Assembly (NCBI RefSeq): GCF_006345805.1
Contig: NC_042997.1
Coordinates: 144,894,001 to 144,958,000 of the forward strand
Source: Octopus sinensis
Lineage: Eukaryota
Length of the DNA: 64,000 nt
Direction: 5' to 3'
Numbering within the stretch: the first letter of the stretch is position 1; the number at the start of each line of letters is the position of its first letter. Positions 25,859 to 39,879 of this stretch are shown one piece after another. The translations under genes were made by a program, and so were the position numbers. The notes under the pieces were generated by a model. That model was given only the letters and a program-made list of their open reading frames with translations, did not search any database and had not been told where the DNA came from.

Positions 25859-26571
25859 CTTAGGGAAACCAAGAAGAAAATGGAGAATAAATGGATGAAA
25901 GTGTATTTGATTGATGGGTTTTTCAATATATATCTTTTAACTTTTAACCCTCTAATACTCTATACTCCCCTCAAAAGAAAAATGATTACCTAAGTTACAT
26001 GAGCTCTATATTAACCTTACCACCATATGGTCAGAATGTGGTAATTTTTCTTAGCATTAAACCAAATGCTTCGAAATTCCCATCAACTGGGACTGAAACA
26101 TATATGTAGGTTCTTTATTCTTTCTTTATTTTAATTTATTTTTCTTTCGGGTCTCAACTTCTAATCAATTTATTTGTACTATTATTTTTTTTTAATGTCA
26201 TCTGTTTTTAACATATAAATGAATTATTAATTACATCCATTCATTCTTCATTTACTTCTTGTTGTTTTCCCCAAATATTGATAATTTCAATAATCTTGAA
26301 CATATACCAATGACTTCGCATTATATGATACGGACTAAAGCTGTGGACTACCTTGATTATATAATCCCTAATGAGGATATGAATTCCTCGAATTTATTCT
26401 TTTATTTGTTTCAGTGATTTGACTGCGGCCATGCTGCAACACCACCTTTATGGAAGCAAGCTCCTCTTATAGAGATGGAAAGATCCAATTTTCACTGGTT
26501 TAACTGGTTTAATACTCAATATAATAGAAAAGATTTCTACAATATAAATGGGTGTATATACAATGTACAAA

Positions 26572-26980
26572 TGATAAAATGAAAATGGAGAGTTCAAACA
26601 GACATATGTTAATTTATAAATATAATATTATATTATCATTATGATTTAAATATAAACAACAGTAATGCCTACAACTGTCTTGATTCAAACTCAAAACCAA
26701 TATCGAATTTATAAAAGTTCATATTTTGAAAAATATTTTGAGTAAAAATTTCATCAGGGTAATACAGGACAAAAATTACATGTTAGAAGCTTGAGATTCT
26801 GATGAGATTTTTACTAAAAATATTTCCAAAATATGAATTTTTATAAATTTGTTACTGGCTTTGAGTTTGGATCGAAACAATTGTAGGGGTTATCAAAATC
26901 TATATTTATATTATAATGATATAATATTGTGTTAATAAATTAACATATGTCTGTTTGAACTCCCCATTTTTATTTTATTA
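26572..26980. repeat. Imperfect fold-back element, arms about 185 bp, 41-nt spacer
   Basis: aaaatggagagttcaaacagacatatgttaatttat vs ataaattaacatatgtctgtttgaactccccatttt; pairing continues inward to tcatcag/ctgatga. Confidence 0.85.
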
Positions 26981-26984
26981 TCTA

Positions 26985-26988
26985 TCTG

Positions 26989-27075
<87 letters not shown>

Positions 27076-27086
27076 GTCTGTCTATC

Positions 27087-27117
<31 letters not shown>

Positions 27118-27150
27118 CTATATCTATATATCTATATATATCTATATATA
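26985..27150. repeat. (TCTA)n microsatellite
   Basis: Direct reading. Confidence 0.95.
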
Positions 27151-27679
27151 TGAGAAAAAGAAAGCAGAGAATATATAGATATTGATTTATTAAAACATAT
27201 TCAGTTCTGAACAATATCAACTCCATTGCACCTACAATTGTTTCTATGCCCAACCAATTTAATTTGAGAAATTAAATCAAATTAAATTTAAATTTAAATT
27301 GAATATCGCAAATTGGGCATTTCGTCGGGGGAAGAATTTGATATAAAGGAGCTACATTTCAATGTGTTGTTTGACTTCTGTTAGACTCAGATATGTGCGA
27401 TTCAGCAACCAATGTATTTTAAAGAAAAAAAAACACCCGTTACCTGAGTATAGGTATATGCAAATTTGTTAATGGATTTGTTCGCGTGTAATGTGTTGAA
27501 AAACGAAAGTATCCATTAGTCAGGTTAAATTATATTTCGAAACGATTACTTTATCTAAATTAAAACAATATTCCTAATTTACATTATTAGTTATGATAGA
27601 TCGAAATGGCAGCTAAGTATTTAATCACGAAATTTGTTATAATTCACCCAGATGTAATCTCTAGTAATTGCAGTTAAAT

Positions 27680-27712
27680 AATAAATTATTATTATTATTG
27701 TTGTTGTTGTTG

Positions 27713-27759
<47 letters not shown>

Positions 27760-27955
27760 GTTGTTGTTGTTGTTGTTGTTATTGTTGTTGTTGTTTGTTG
27801 TCATTGCACAGCATCTAACGCTGGAGATGTACTGAGGTAACACCTCTTATTTTTCGAGCACCATCCGGAGTATTCGAGCGGTTCCAAGCAGTGTTGTTTT
27901 CTGCAAGTGCTCCACCCTTATTGTAGCACCTATTACTACTACTACTACTACTATT
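27680..27955 (-). mobile_element. Very short 3' fragment of an R4/Dong-like element with (AAC/AAT)n tail
   Basis: Minus strand 27955-27799 reads ATIRVEHLQKTTLLGTARILRMVLEK* (typical terminal QK..LLGTARILR), then a short UTR and a trinucleotide tract. Confidence 0.7.
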
Positions 27956-28250
27956 ATTATTACTACTCTACTACTACTACTACTACTACTGCTATTCATT
28001 ATTTTTTAAAACAGTTATGGATATGTAACTTTTTTATGCATTTGTCCGTGCGTTTGTTAATGTGTTGAAAGTTACTGGACGATGACGAATCAAAACTGCT
28101 TACTATTTAGCAAAGCTAAATATTACGTCATCAATATATGTGCACACTATATTTATTTATAATACTGAGAATAGATATCAACGATGATAATTGAGGAAAG
28201 CATTAACGTTAACAAATCAAAATTAATAAAAACCAAAATCATTATCAAAT

Positions 28251-28361
<111 letters not shown>

Positions 28362-30039
28362 GCATACATATGCATGCATGTATGTGTGTGTGCGTGTGTA
28401 TGTATGTATACACACACGCACATTCACACATATATCAATCAATAACAATTAAAATTCTATATTTTGTTTCTCTCTCTCATTAATTATTGAGCTTATGCTT
28501 ATCATCTAAATTTAATGTTTGAGTTCTCTCTCTCTGAAATTAAGATCCGTGTATGCATTAGTGACAGTATAAGACTCTCATTCTCTACACTTTCTCACAT
28601 TAACCACAAAAATAAAACGAAAAACCATGAGTTCCATACATGAAATATTTATTTAAAAAAAAATAAAAACGCTTTAGTATGGATGACAGGAGGAGGAGAG
28701 ACGAGTGTGTCGGATGTACTTGGTGGTTGAAGTAAACAGGCAGACGTCTAAGAACTAGAAAACTGTGGCAGTTGTCGGAGAGGTACAAAGATAAATCGAT
28801 TTCTTACTTAGCTATGAAATCTTTGTGTAGAACAAAAGAAATGAGACGCTGATCAGCGAATCAGTTCGTAATGTGGAGATGTTTTGAGTATTTCAACTAC
28901 GTTCATACCCATTATTCATTAAACAGTAAAACATTAGAAAATTGTGCTTGCGGTGAGGCGAATCTACGATTTAATTCCAGTCCTCGAAGCCATTTCATTT
29001 TACTTGAAACTCATGAATCTAGGAAATACACAATCTTTCACTATTCTATCGTGTATTACCTATAAGGTTTTAGGCTTCATTAAATATCGAATTAAACACA
29101 GCAGCTTTCTTTTGTTTACGTTTGAGAGAAAGACAGTCAGTCGAATAGAAACTGCCAGTTTTACTTTCGATTCGTTGTCCGATTATTTTAAGGCGGTAAA
29201 CTGGTTGAATTGTTAGAGCGTTGGATAACATGTACGTGGTATATGTTCTTACTATCTGGATTTTTAGTGCAAATCCTGTTAAGATCAGCTTTGTCATTTT
29301 ATGATCGATAAAAAATTAAAGAGACACAATCGATTGGCAGGATTGAAACTGGATACTTTGCTGTATTTGTTCCGAATATCTACGTTCTGAGTTCGAAATC
29401 CGCCACGGTTTACTTAGATGAGGTGCTTAAGCGATCTCCCGGTTTAATGCCATCACCTGGCATCTTGGATGTCTCAGGTAGAATTCACTCTGCAGCACCC
29501 TTTTCAAGCCAGGTTGCCAGCTGGAGAATATTTTCCATTCTCTTTCCCCACAGTTATAGGGGCACTGGGAAGGGTCATGAGTACTGCCTTTCTTCTTGAC
29601 CAAATGATAAAAGAGAACTCACCAACAGAGAATGTAACAATCTTTTCCAATAAATTTCTAACGTCTGCACCGGGTCAAATATTTTTCGGAGTGCATGAAC
29701 AGCCGATTAAGTAGACACCAGTATTTGACTAGCACTTTATTTTATCAACTTCAGTTCTATGAAAGGTAAAGGTGACCTCGCTAGCATTTGAACTCAAGAC
29801 GTACAGAGCTGAAACAAATAATACATGTTATTGTGTTTTATTATCTAATGATTTTTCCTGGCCTCTGAGGGTAACGTTATTTGATCGATCGAAGAGCTAG
29901 AAAGTGCAGCTAAATCTCCCATTACTTCCATCTCTTGAAAGAAAGCGGAACATATCTGATAAGGAAGACCTAGATACGTAAAACCTTAAAGAAAGTACGT
30001 AATACCTTAGAGAAAGAAGTACGAAAGAATCATGACTTA

Positions 30040-30140
30040 TGGTGGTGATGGTAGTAGTAGTGGTAGTGGTGGTGGTGGTGGTGGTGATGGTGGTGGTGGT
30101 GGTGATGGTGGTGGTGGTGATGATGGTGGTGGTAGTGATG
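30040..30140. repeat. (GGT/GAT/TAG)n compound microsatellite
   Basis: Direct reading. Confidence 0.9.
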
Positions 30141-30679
30141 TTCAGCCCTTGGTCGAGCAAATCTATGCGTTCCAGCCGTGAACATCCGTCCTAATACATA
30201 TTCAATATTATGTTGTCCAAAGTAACCCTTTTGTTCTTTTAAGTTAGAAGGATTTACTTCAAAGGAAAATTGGCTGCTATTTCTGTCAGTTTCGAGCGAT
30301 GTTGCTTTTGGTTGTTATTCAGTCATTAAATCTACGATGATCTGGTAGCCCCAATCATAAGCACCCTATTTTGTAAGATATCCAATGTGTTCTTCCTTTG
30401 AGTTATTACGTTGAGTTATTACTGCTATTTCTAGCTTACAGAGCTACCTAATAAAGCCCCTCCACTGGCTGGCTAAAACTCATTTCTTACCACATGACTA
30501 TTAATGGATGACAGCTAAGCCTCTGGAGTATTTTGATATTATTTCTCGATTTTATTTCCTATGAAGCCACTGACATGTAGGTGGATAATCCTTGGTGTGA
30601 CGAATAACATCAGTTAAATGATTAACTGATGCTATTTGTACACTTTGAGCACTTTGTAGTCGTCTTTGATGTGTAGTGA

Positions 30680-30850
30680 ATGCCAACATGGCGCATGTGT
30701 GGCTGTGAGGTTGAGATGTTAGCTCTACGCCTATGTGGTTTCGGGTTCAATCTCACTGCGCTGCACTTTCAGCAAGTGTCTTCTACCGTAGTCTCGGGTA
30801 GACTAAAGCATTATGAGTGGAATTTACCAGACGGAATCTTAGATAGCAGA
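30680..30850 (+). mobile_element. CORE-type SINE 5' half, diverged
   Basis: ggcgcatgtgtggctgtgagg..cactttcagcaagtgtcttc..ggaatttaccagacggaa. Confidence 0.65.
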
Positions 30851-32737
30851 CATAATCCGTCATCCGATTTAACATTACCACTACGAAGTCTTGGAGATCT
30901 TTAGCGGAATCCGCTCTGTTCCGATTATTTTTGTCAAGACCCCAGGATGAAGATAACATCTTCCCACCATTCTCAGAAGTTCTGGAAAGATCATTAGCTT
31001 TGCCTTTCTACCTAATAAACACTGGCACAAGAATAGATAATTTAATGGAAAGTACGTTGATTAAATCATCTCCATTTTACGTGACAGGTAGTTATTTCAA
31101 CGATCCCTGAAGTGTGAAATACAAAGTCGACCTTTATACGATTATAAATCATTTCGTAAATAAGCGTTTCTGAATACTGACAAAAATACACGAAATCCAC
31201 TCTCCTGTGGATTTCGAATTCAATACATCGAATTGACGAGTCTAAATAAAGAATTATGCATAAAATGATCATAAAGTAAGCACATTTATGTAAGTAACCG
31301 AAACTCTAAGCAACATTGAGGATCAATCTAAAATGATAGTAAAATCTAGAAATAATTTTAATTTAACAAAAATGTTGCTTGATTTTATCATCTATACTCA
31401 ATAACAACGGCTCAAATTGTTCGTTTCTTAATCCCTGTGATCACTCCTTCTTCGTTTTCTTGTCTCCATTTTCACTCCTACGATTCCCTTATTTATCACT
31501 TCCGTTCAGTCTCAGTAACAACGCTTTTCGCTGCGGTGGAAAGAAATACTGTTCATGTATACCAAAAGGAACAAATCAAATTTTTTCACATTTCATTGTT
31601 TCATGAATTTCACAATTTTTATTATTTTTTAGTTATTAAATATTTAAACGTTATTTTACAATTAATTTACTTCGCTTTTAATAGCTGTTTAAAAGTTATT
31701 TCACTAATTTTTAATTCTCCTTTCATATTTCATTATTAGCTTAAGTTTCGATTTTCTGTAAAAGTTATATCGGATAACGTCGTCCTATACACATAAAAGG
31801 TAAATAAACTGCTCCAACCGCATAAATTATGTAAATTACAGATAAAAATAGAAACCGCCCGGTGGGCAAAGTTTTTCATTGTTAAAATAATGAATAATAG
31901 AGCAGACATCAGTCGAAGCTGTAGAAACGTAGTTGAAATAGTAAAAAGAACAACTATATTTTCTAAATGAATAAGAACATTTTAGTAACAATAGTACATC
32001 AATAGTCGTAACGCCTGACGCTTGACTATTGATTAAAATATTCCTGTGCATTAGTCTAGTGCTCCACCGATTCGATTCTATTAGCCACCACTCTAACAGG
32101 ACATAAAAAATATGAGAGACATCTTAACTTGTTCCTAACATAAACATACAGCTGTCAATTTTAGAAGAGGAATATAAGCCTGATATCAACCGCAGTACTT
32201 GAGTGGTACTTTATTTCAATCACCCTCCTTAAAATACGAATTACAATTTTGACTTTCAGCGAATTTGAACTCACATCATTAACAAATAAAAAAAAAACCG
32301 AAAAAAATTCACAAATCATTTCGGTACGACGCACCAGTGTTCTGACGGCTTGCAGCTGATAAAGTTAGATACTTTTTATAATTTCTTCAAATTTTTAATT
32401 ACTTTCTGTGGTAAACGAAACACATAGGCAATATATATCACGAGACACTTGTGTCCACGACGTCAGTGATTCTACTATCGACCGCCCTATAATATCCTGA
32501 TAATAGAAACTGTAGACACAGTAAATGATGCTCTATCAGATTAATCTGAAAGTATGTCTTCCAAATTAACATATTTCTGCAATGACGGTGAATGTTTTAA
32601 ATATTTTCTAAAAATAAATAGATAATAAAAATGAAAAAAAAAGTATCTTGGACACTCTTCTTTGACATTGTTATGTATGTATGTATTCATAATATATACT
32701 TACACTCACACGCACGCATACATACACATACACACAT

Positions 32738-32802
<65 letters not shown>

Positions 32803-32911
32803 CATAATATTATATACATACAATATAATTTAACATAGTGATATAAATAATAAATATAAACATATATATATTTGTATATAAACATTAAAAATGTATATAT
32901 GTATGATATAT

Positions 32912-32948
<37 letters not shown>

Positions 32949-33109
32949 GCATAAGTTCATATATATATATATATATTTACATACGTACACACACACACAC
33001 ATATATATATATGGGTGTACTTATGTATCCGCTTGCTCACATGCATATATACATGAATAGATGTATGTGGATGCCTTTGCGGGCGAATGAAGTAAAGAAA
33101 GCAGGAAAA

Positions 33110-33410
33110 TGTGCTATGTATGTATGTATGCATGTATGTATGTATGCATGTATGCATGTATGTATGTATGCATGTATGCATGTATGTATGTATGTATGTA
33201 TGTATGTAAGTATTTATGTATGTATGTATGCATGCATGTATGTATGTATGCATGTATGCATGTATGTATGTATGTATGTATGTATGTATGTATGTATGTA
33301 TGCATGTATGTATGTATGTATGTATGCATGTATGTATGTATGCATGTATGCATGTATGCATGTATGCATGTATGTATGTATGTATGCATGTATGCATGTA
33401 TGTATGTATG
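33110..33410. repeat. Long (TATG)n/(CATG) compound microsatellite
   Basis: Direct reading; source of the MYVC/HTYI pseudo-ORFs. Confidence 0.95.
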
Positions 33411-33498
33411 TATTCATATATATACTTACACTCACACGCACGCATACATACACATACACACATACACACACACATATATATATATATATTTACATACG

Positions 33499-33529
<31 letters not shown>

Positions 33530-34431
33530 GCACACACATAAATCTACATATATACATATATTAGTGTGTCCGTCTGTTTGTGTGTGTAGAGGGTACCAGA
33601 CTTATGCGCACGCAGTGTATATGCAATGCGACCAGACATACAAAGAATACGCTACGAATATGATTCTGATATTAATCTGGCTGCAACACATGAAAGGCAG
33701 ACTATTAAGAGAAAATACATTAAAATTCACAATGTTGAGAGATTACGTACAGGATTAGTTGTGGTTTAGGCGACTGGAACATATATTGACGTTAGTATAG
33801 GATTGAGAATTGTTGGAATTTTGATCGTCTGAGAGCAAACAGTTAATTTATTCTTTGTTTGAGATTTCAGTGTCAGTCTTGTAACATAAACCAACATAAA
33901 ACTTGACGTTTCAGATGGTTTAGCACAAACCAACGTGTCTCGTTCAACCAGTCACTTATTTCTTTTTTGCTCTCCATCCGAATACGCGTAGACATATACA
34001 TACATACATACATACATACATACACATGCATACACACACTTGCAAACACACACACACACACACACAGATATACACATACACGCAATATCTTACTCTTTCA
34101 CTTTCACTTTCTCACTCATACTCTGTAGATATTGCCCAAGTTACGAAAATGAAAAAAAAAGAAGGAAAAAAACTAACTAAAAACTACTCAACAACTCTCT
34201 AGCTAATAAAACACCATTTTAGAGACTACCATATCGTTTCAGTAAACATCAAAGTGCTGCAGACGACACCGTGCCATGACAGTCATCATGTATATCTATC
34301 CATCTGCTAAATTAAGAGTGGAAAGTGGTAGACCTAATCCACTACCTTCTTTAAGATCCTGGTCTTGGTTTCGGATTCTTTTATCAGAGCCCTCTTTAGT
34401 TCAGTCATTAGAACCAGGTTTTCGGCTAGAA

Positions 34432-34676
34432 GAGTGGTTCTCAACCATTTTTTACTTATGGATCCTTTTGTTTCCTATATTAGTCGGGTGGACCTTCACA
34501 CCCATTTGACGTTTAAAAAAAATCCCGTTACATTCTTAGAATTAAATATTATTAAGAATTATATTTAAAAAATTGTTAAAATATTTTGTGTATTGTATAA
34601 GTATAACCAATTTATTGATGATAAAATCTTATAGGGACCCCCAAAGGATCTTGTGGACCCCGGTTGAGAGGCAATG
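34432..34676. mobile_element. hAT-Charlie-type MITE, degraded
   Basis: Termini agtggttctcaacc / ggttgagaggcaatg resemble the CAGTGGTTCTCAACC TIR; left flank ggctagaa fits the Charlie NTCTAGAN target; TSD only 4/8 conserved. Confidence 0.6.
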
Positions 34677-35959
34677 GATCAGGAGATAGATTTTCTATTG
34701 ACATAATAGAAAGAACACTGGCTCGGCCCTTCCTTCTCCTTTAATATAAAATATATTAAAAAACATTCGAAAGTTAAAAAAGGATTAAAATCCATTAACA
34801 TCAATAACTCTTAAAAGGTAAAACCATTAAAACCAAGATCATTAGAGTTAAAAGCTAACAAAATTTGAAGCCATTAAAAAGTTAAATTATTAACAATAAA
34901 GATATTCATAGATATGATACCACGTACCAATAGGCGCCACATTTTTAGTCACCACACAATGCATCGTACCAGTTGGGTAATATCGTCCTAGATATTTAAA
35001 GCTCGAGTGAAGGACGGCTCGGTGGGACATCGCTGGAGTACTATTATTGTTTACAGGCCTACTGATTCAGAGCTGACCTAGAGTTAAACAGCAGTAGTAG
35101 TAGCAAAAGCAACAACAAAAACAACAAGATTATCGTGATTCTTAAGCCAAAATATAAATACTCTAACAACAACATGGCCATTGCAATTCCCCTTAAGAAT
35201 CAGTGATTGATTGAATAGAAAAATCGAAATGAAAATATTGATTGCCTTCTTTGTCGCAGGATCATACTGTAATAGAGAACGGCTGCGTTTAAATAAATAA
35301 ACCACAGTATATTACAAGTATGTAACATTAACTGTCTTACCTACTTGGACGCAAAGCCATTAAAACTACTTATCAATAGAAAATGTCTACATTTAGATAA
35401 ATCAAATTCAGTATAATACAAGTATGTATTTTATACAATGCCCGTGTGATTCAGTCTGCTGTTCTACCATTTCATTGGACCACCGTATTAAAATACAGTA
35501 AGTACGTTCTGTGTCTGCTTGTTAAGCGTTCCTCGCCTGCCAAAGATGATATAGTGTCTTCATAATAATTGTGTTCTTGCAGTGTCACGATTTAATCTGA
35601 CTCTAATTTGTTTTCAAATTGAACAATACACATTTAGAAATATCTAATCAAATTGCTGTTTTATTATATATAGAAATAGCATGATTTTTTGTTTATGCCA
35701 GTGTAGTAATAGTAATCACGGTAATAGTACAGTCATATCTTGTGATAACAAACATATGTCGCTGATACATAATCGATCAATTTTCAGGTGACATGTGGTC
35801 TGATACCTCTTTTAAACTCTACGAAATTACGCTAAAACTAGCAAGAAAACGAGAAACTTTTGTGTGGTCAGTTGACCTGTCAGCTATAGGAGAAAATCTT
35901 CCTCAAACACATCCTACTCTACCGTCATAGATAAACAAGCGTACACTGGAGTATCCCAC

Positions 35960-36305
35960 TACAAGGTCCAGTCCTTATTGCGTTGAGGTAGCTTGTGTAT
36001 CAATGACCCTGAGAAGTATGCCAGCTGAGTGAGAGCTCCTGACAGGTCTTCTCATGCTGGACAGCTCAAAGGATCAAGACCAGAATAATATAGGCCACCT
36101 CTTTTCAGAGGAAAACATGGGTTTGCGTAGGTCAACACTCCTACCAAGAGGAAAGGAAAATTGCAAAAGAGTCAATAGCAATTCAAAACCCGCAATATCT
36201 GGCAGACAAAATTCTTTCCTCAAGGCAGCCCATATTCGACAACAGTGGAGAGAGTCGTTAATAGCCTTTGCTTCATATGGAGCGAAGGGCTTAAATAAGG
36301 GCACT
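35960..36305 (+). mobile_element. Probable non-autonomous RTE-derived element (5' UTR-like plus 3' end-like parts)
   Basis: ggtcttctcatgctggacag.. and gagagtcgttaatagcctttgcttcatatggagcgaagggc resemble RTE 5' and 3' regions; from recall, no alignment run. Confidence 0.4.
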
Positions 36306-36966
36306 AAAAATAAGAGCGATTTTTAGTTTGGGAATCATCAAAGGAAGTACTGAAATCCATGAGCTGATTTCAAAATTTGCTAAGTTGACAAAACTTTCAA
36401 AAACCTGTGGCCCTAAGGAAAAACTCATTTCAAATTAAAGAGACCCTTAGCAATGAAAAAGATGGAAATCACTACACTAAATAGTCTAGCTGTTAGTGAG
36501 AAATCATACAGGATGGGTATCTTCGATCAAATATCTCGATGAGAATTTATCTGAGACTAAATCACAACAATAGTAATAGCAACAGTTAAAAATCAAGAAA
36601 TGTTTACGACAGTCGACCAGACTTATTTTATCTGATGCTGGAAAAAAATAATTACGTTATTAAAATGCACGATGAGTATTTCAGTAATCCTCTTAACACA
36701 CATCTAAATCTTACTTATTTAATTCATGTGCAAATATTACGAACCAACAAATTAGCTTCTATGTCATAGGTCAGGAATTTATTTTTTGTTAGGAATTACT
36801 CTAAATCTATTCAAGTAAAATGAAATTATTTTCAGTCTCCGAAATAAGCAGAAACATGTCAGTTGCTCTTAAGTTATTTTATATGGTATGTAAACGTTTA
36901 TCTTTAGAAACATTAGATCAATTAACATCAAGAAATGCAAAACAACAAAAATCAACAAAAACGTGG

Positions 36967-37014
<48 letters not shown>

Positions 37015-37303
37015 GTGTGTGTGTGTGTGTGTGTGTGTGCGTATGTGTGTGTGTGTGCGTGTGTGCGTATGTGTGTGTGCGTGCGTATGTGTATGTGTGT
37101 GTGTGTTCGTGTTGTGTGTGTGTGTGTGTGTGAGCGGACAAACGGAAGAAAGTGGCGTTCAATATATTTGGTTGGAATTTTAGCTGAATGGAGCTGAATC
37201 AAATTGTTATTAAATCACACACACACACATACACACACACACATATATATATACACATATATACGCATATATATATATATATATACTATATATATATATA
37301 TAT

Positions 37304-37397
<94 letters not shown>

Positions 37398-37503
37398 TAG
37401 TTTGAAAATTTCGTTATAGGTATAAATATACCATAAACAAGTTTAAAAAGGAGAAAAAAAGATGCTGAATCAAAGTTAGATTTAATACAAAAATTGAATT
37501 CAA

Positions 37504-37604
37504 TACACACGCACGTTTCGAAAGACAATACAAATATGTAAGAAAAAAATATAATCATAGTAATTACAATTAAATTTATGCATTGTCATTCTCATCAGTG
37601 TGTA
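37504..37604 (-). ncRNA. Type I hammerhead ribozyme relic with long loop II
   Basis: tacaca-CTGATGA-gaatgacaat(52 nt)attgtctttc-GAAA-cgtgcg-tgtgta: 6-bp stem I and 9/10-bp stem II; UH cleavage site lost. Confidence 0.6.
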
Positions 37605-37749
37605 GAATTTTGGAAGGACATCAAAAATGGTTTAATAAAATAAAATAAGGGAGAATACAGATGAGGTAATTGGGAAAAATCGATATTTACAAACAAGTTG
37701 TAAAAGGGAAAAATATCAACAACAACAACAGAAACAATAATAATAATAT

Positions 37750-37793
<44 letters not shown>

Positions 37794-38486
37794 TAGTAGT
37801 AGAGAGAGAGAGAGACGAAAGAGAAAAAGAAAGACATATCAATGTGTATGCAAGTCTATATGTGCAGTAAGCTATAACATAAGAATATAAATCTAACGGA
37901 TATGTTTAAAGAAATAGCAACAGGTCGAGACGAAGTATAATGTAAACAAGGCCACGTGTGTATAGTAGAATACAGCGCAACCGGTTCACTAGCAGAAAAA
38001 AGCCATAGAGAGTTATACGTATACATATTAATGTTATAAAACGAAAAAATATATATATTTCAAGAGGCTTGAAGCTGATAGGCAAGATGATGTTTGAAAA
38101 AGATACAATATTTAAGTAAAAATGTACATATAAGCAGAGAAATAAACCAAAAAGAACTTAACAAAGAAAAAGCAACGATCACAGACAGGACCAGTCGGTG
38201 TATTCAAGAGAGTTACCTTACTCAAAAACTAGCCCGGGGTAGGGGAGAATAAAAAACATTTGGAATTAAAATGAATATATGGAGAAAATTATTATAAATT
38301 ACAAGTGATAGAAAAAACGTATACACTAAACACATAACAGTTATACATACATACACACACACAAACACATACAGACATATATATAAACATATATATACCC
38401 ATATATATACATACACACACATACACATACATAAACTTGCACATACATGTACACGCACACACCTATACATATGCATACGCACAAAC

Positions 38487-38521
<35 letters not shown>

Positions 38522-38995
38522 GTGATAAATAAAAATATATGCATACATACAACATATATGTACGTACCTATATCTACATGTATATATACATGCATATATA
38601 AATAATTATACGTGAGTACAGGACACCACAACCTGACGTAGAAACGGTAAAAACAAAAAAAACAAAACAACAAAAAACGAAAAAAACAGTTACAAGACGT
38701 GCTACACAAGGAAAAAAACCCCGTCATCAACTGTCGCTAGTCGACTCAAGCATGTTTCGAAGGCAAGACAGAACACTAATCCACTAGGCCTTCCTGCGAG
38801 AGAATTAAAATAAAATTCCAGCAGCGGGGCAAAATGAGTACGAACACGACAGGACGTAACAATAAAACTGCTAAAAATTAAAAAATACATGTACAAAAAA
38901 TACAAATAAATACAAACGAGAAAATAAAAGAGAATACGATACGGAAATCACACACAAAGAGACGAACGAAAAGCTTTTTTTCTGGCATAGACGGA

Positions 38996-39058
<63 letters not shown>

Positions 39059-39427
39059 CATATATACAAATTTACACATACACACATACATACAAATACA
39101 CACATATATACACATCCAAACATGCAAAAAGACACAGACATACATGCATATACACCAAAGAAAATACATATATAAAAACATTTAGAAATATACACATATA
39201 TATACACAGATGTACACACTATATGCACGCGTGTTATGTATCCATGCACAAAAATTTGCATATACAAACAAGTATGCATACATACATACCTATGCATGTA
39301 TATACATATATAGACATAAACATTGAATATATTCATGCGCAAACACAAAAACATACAGTATATACATACATGCCTACATACGAATATATATATATACATA
39401 TACATACATATATACACACACACCCAA

Positions 39428-39459
<32 letters not shown>

Positions 39460-39484
39460 GATATATATATATATATATATATTA

Positions 39485-39845
39485 CTAGCTGAAGGTGACC
39501 CGCTCTACGCGCGGGTAAGAGTGTGGTTGTTACTTTCTGTTGCTTCCTTTCAGCACATAAAAAGCACCATCCGAACGTGGTCGATTGCAGCGCCGCCTTG
39601 ACTGGCTTCTGTGCCGGTGGCAAGTAAAAAACACCAACTGATCGTGGCCGCTGCCAGCCCCCCTGGCACCTGTGCCGATGGCACGAAAAAAGCACCCACT
39701 ACGCTCACAGAGTGGTTGGCGTTAGGAAGGGCATCCACCTGTAGAAACACTGCCAGATCAGACTGGAGCCTGGTGCAGCCTCCTGGCTTCCCAGACCCCG
39801 GTCAAACTGTCCAACCCGTGCTAGCACGGAAAACGGACGTTAAAC

Positions 39846-39879
<34 letters not shown>

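Noticed and set aside
28640-29100. Possible mariner N-terminal relic (YVHTHYSL resembling WVPH.L)
   Set aside because: Similarity is too weak without a search.
29430-29720. Possible RT fragment on the minus strand (VKKKGSTHDP)
   Set aside because: Only one partial motif; the family cannot be supported.
32706-33758. Long ORFs rich in IY, CV, HT, MYVC, poly-V/S/N, here and throughout the track
   Set aside because: They are translations of stop-free microsatellites, with no domain or codon signal.
33895-33960. Minus-strand gaaacgtc after a hairpin
   Set aside because: No recognisable CUGANGA box.
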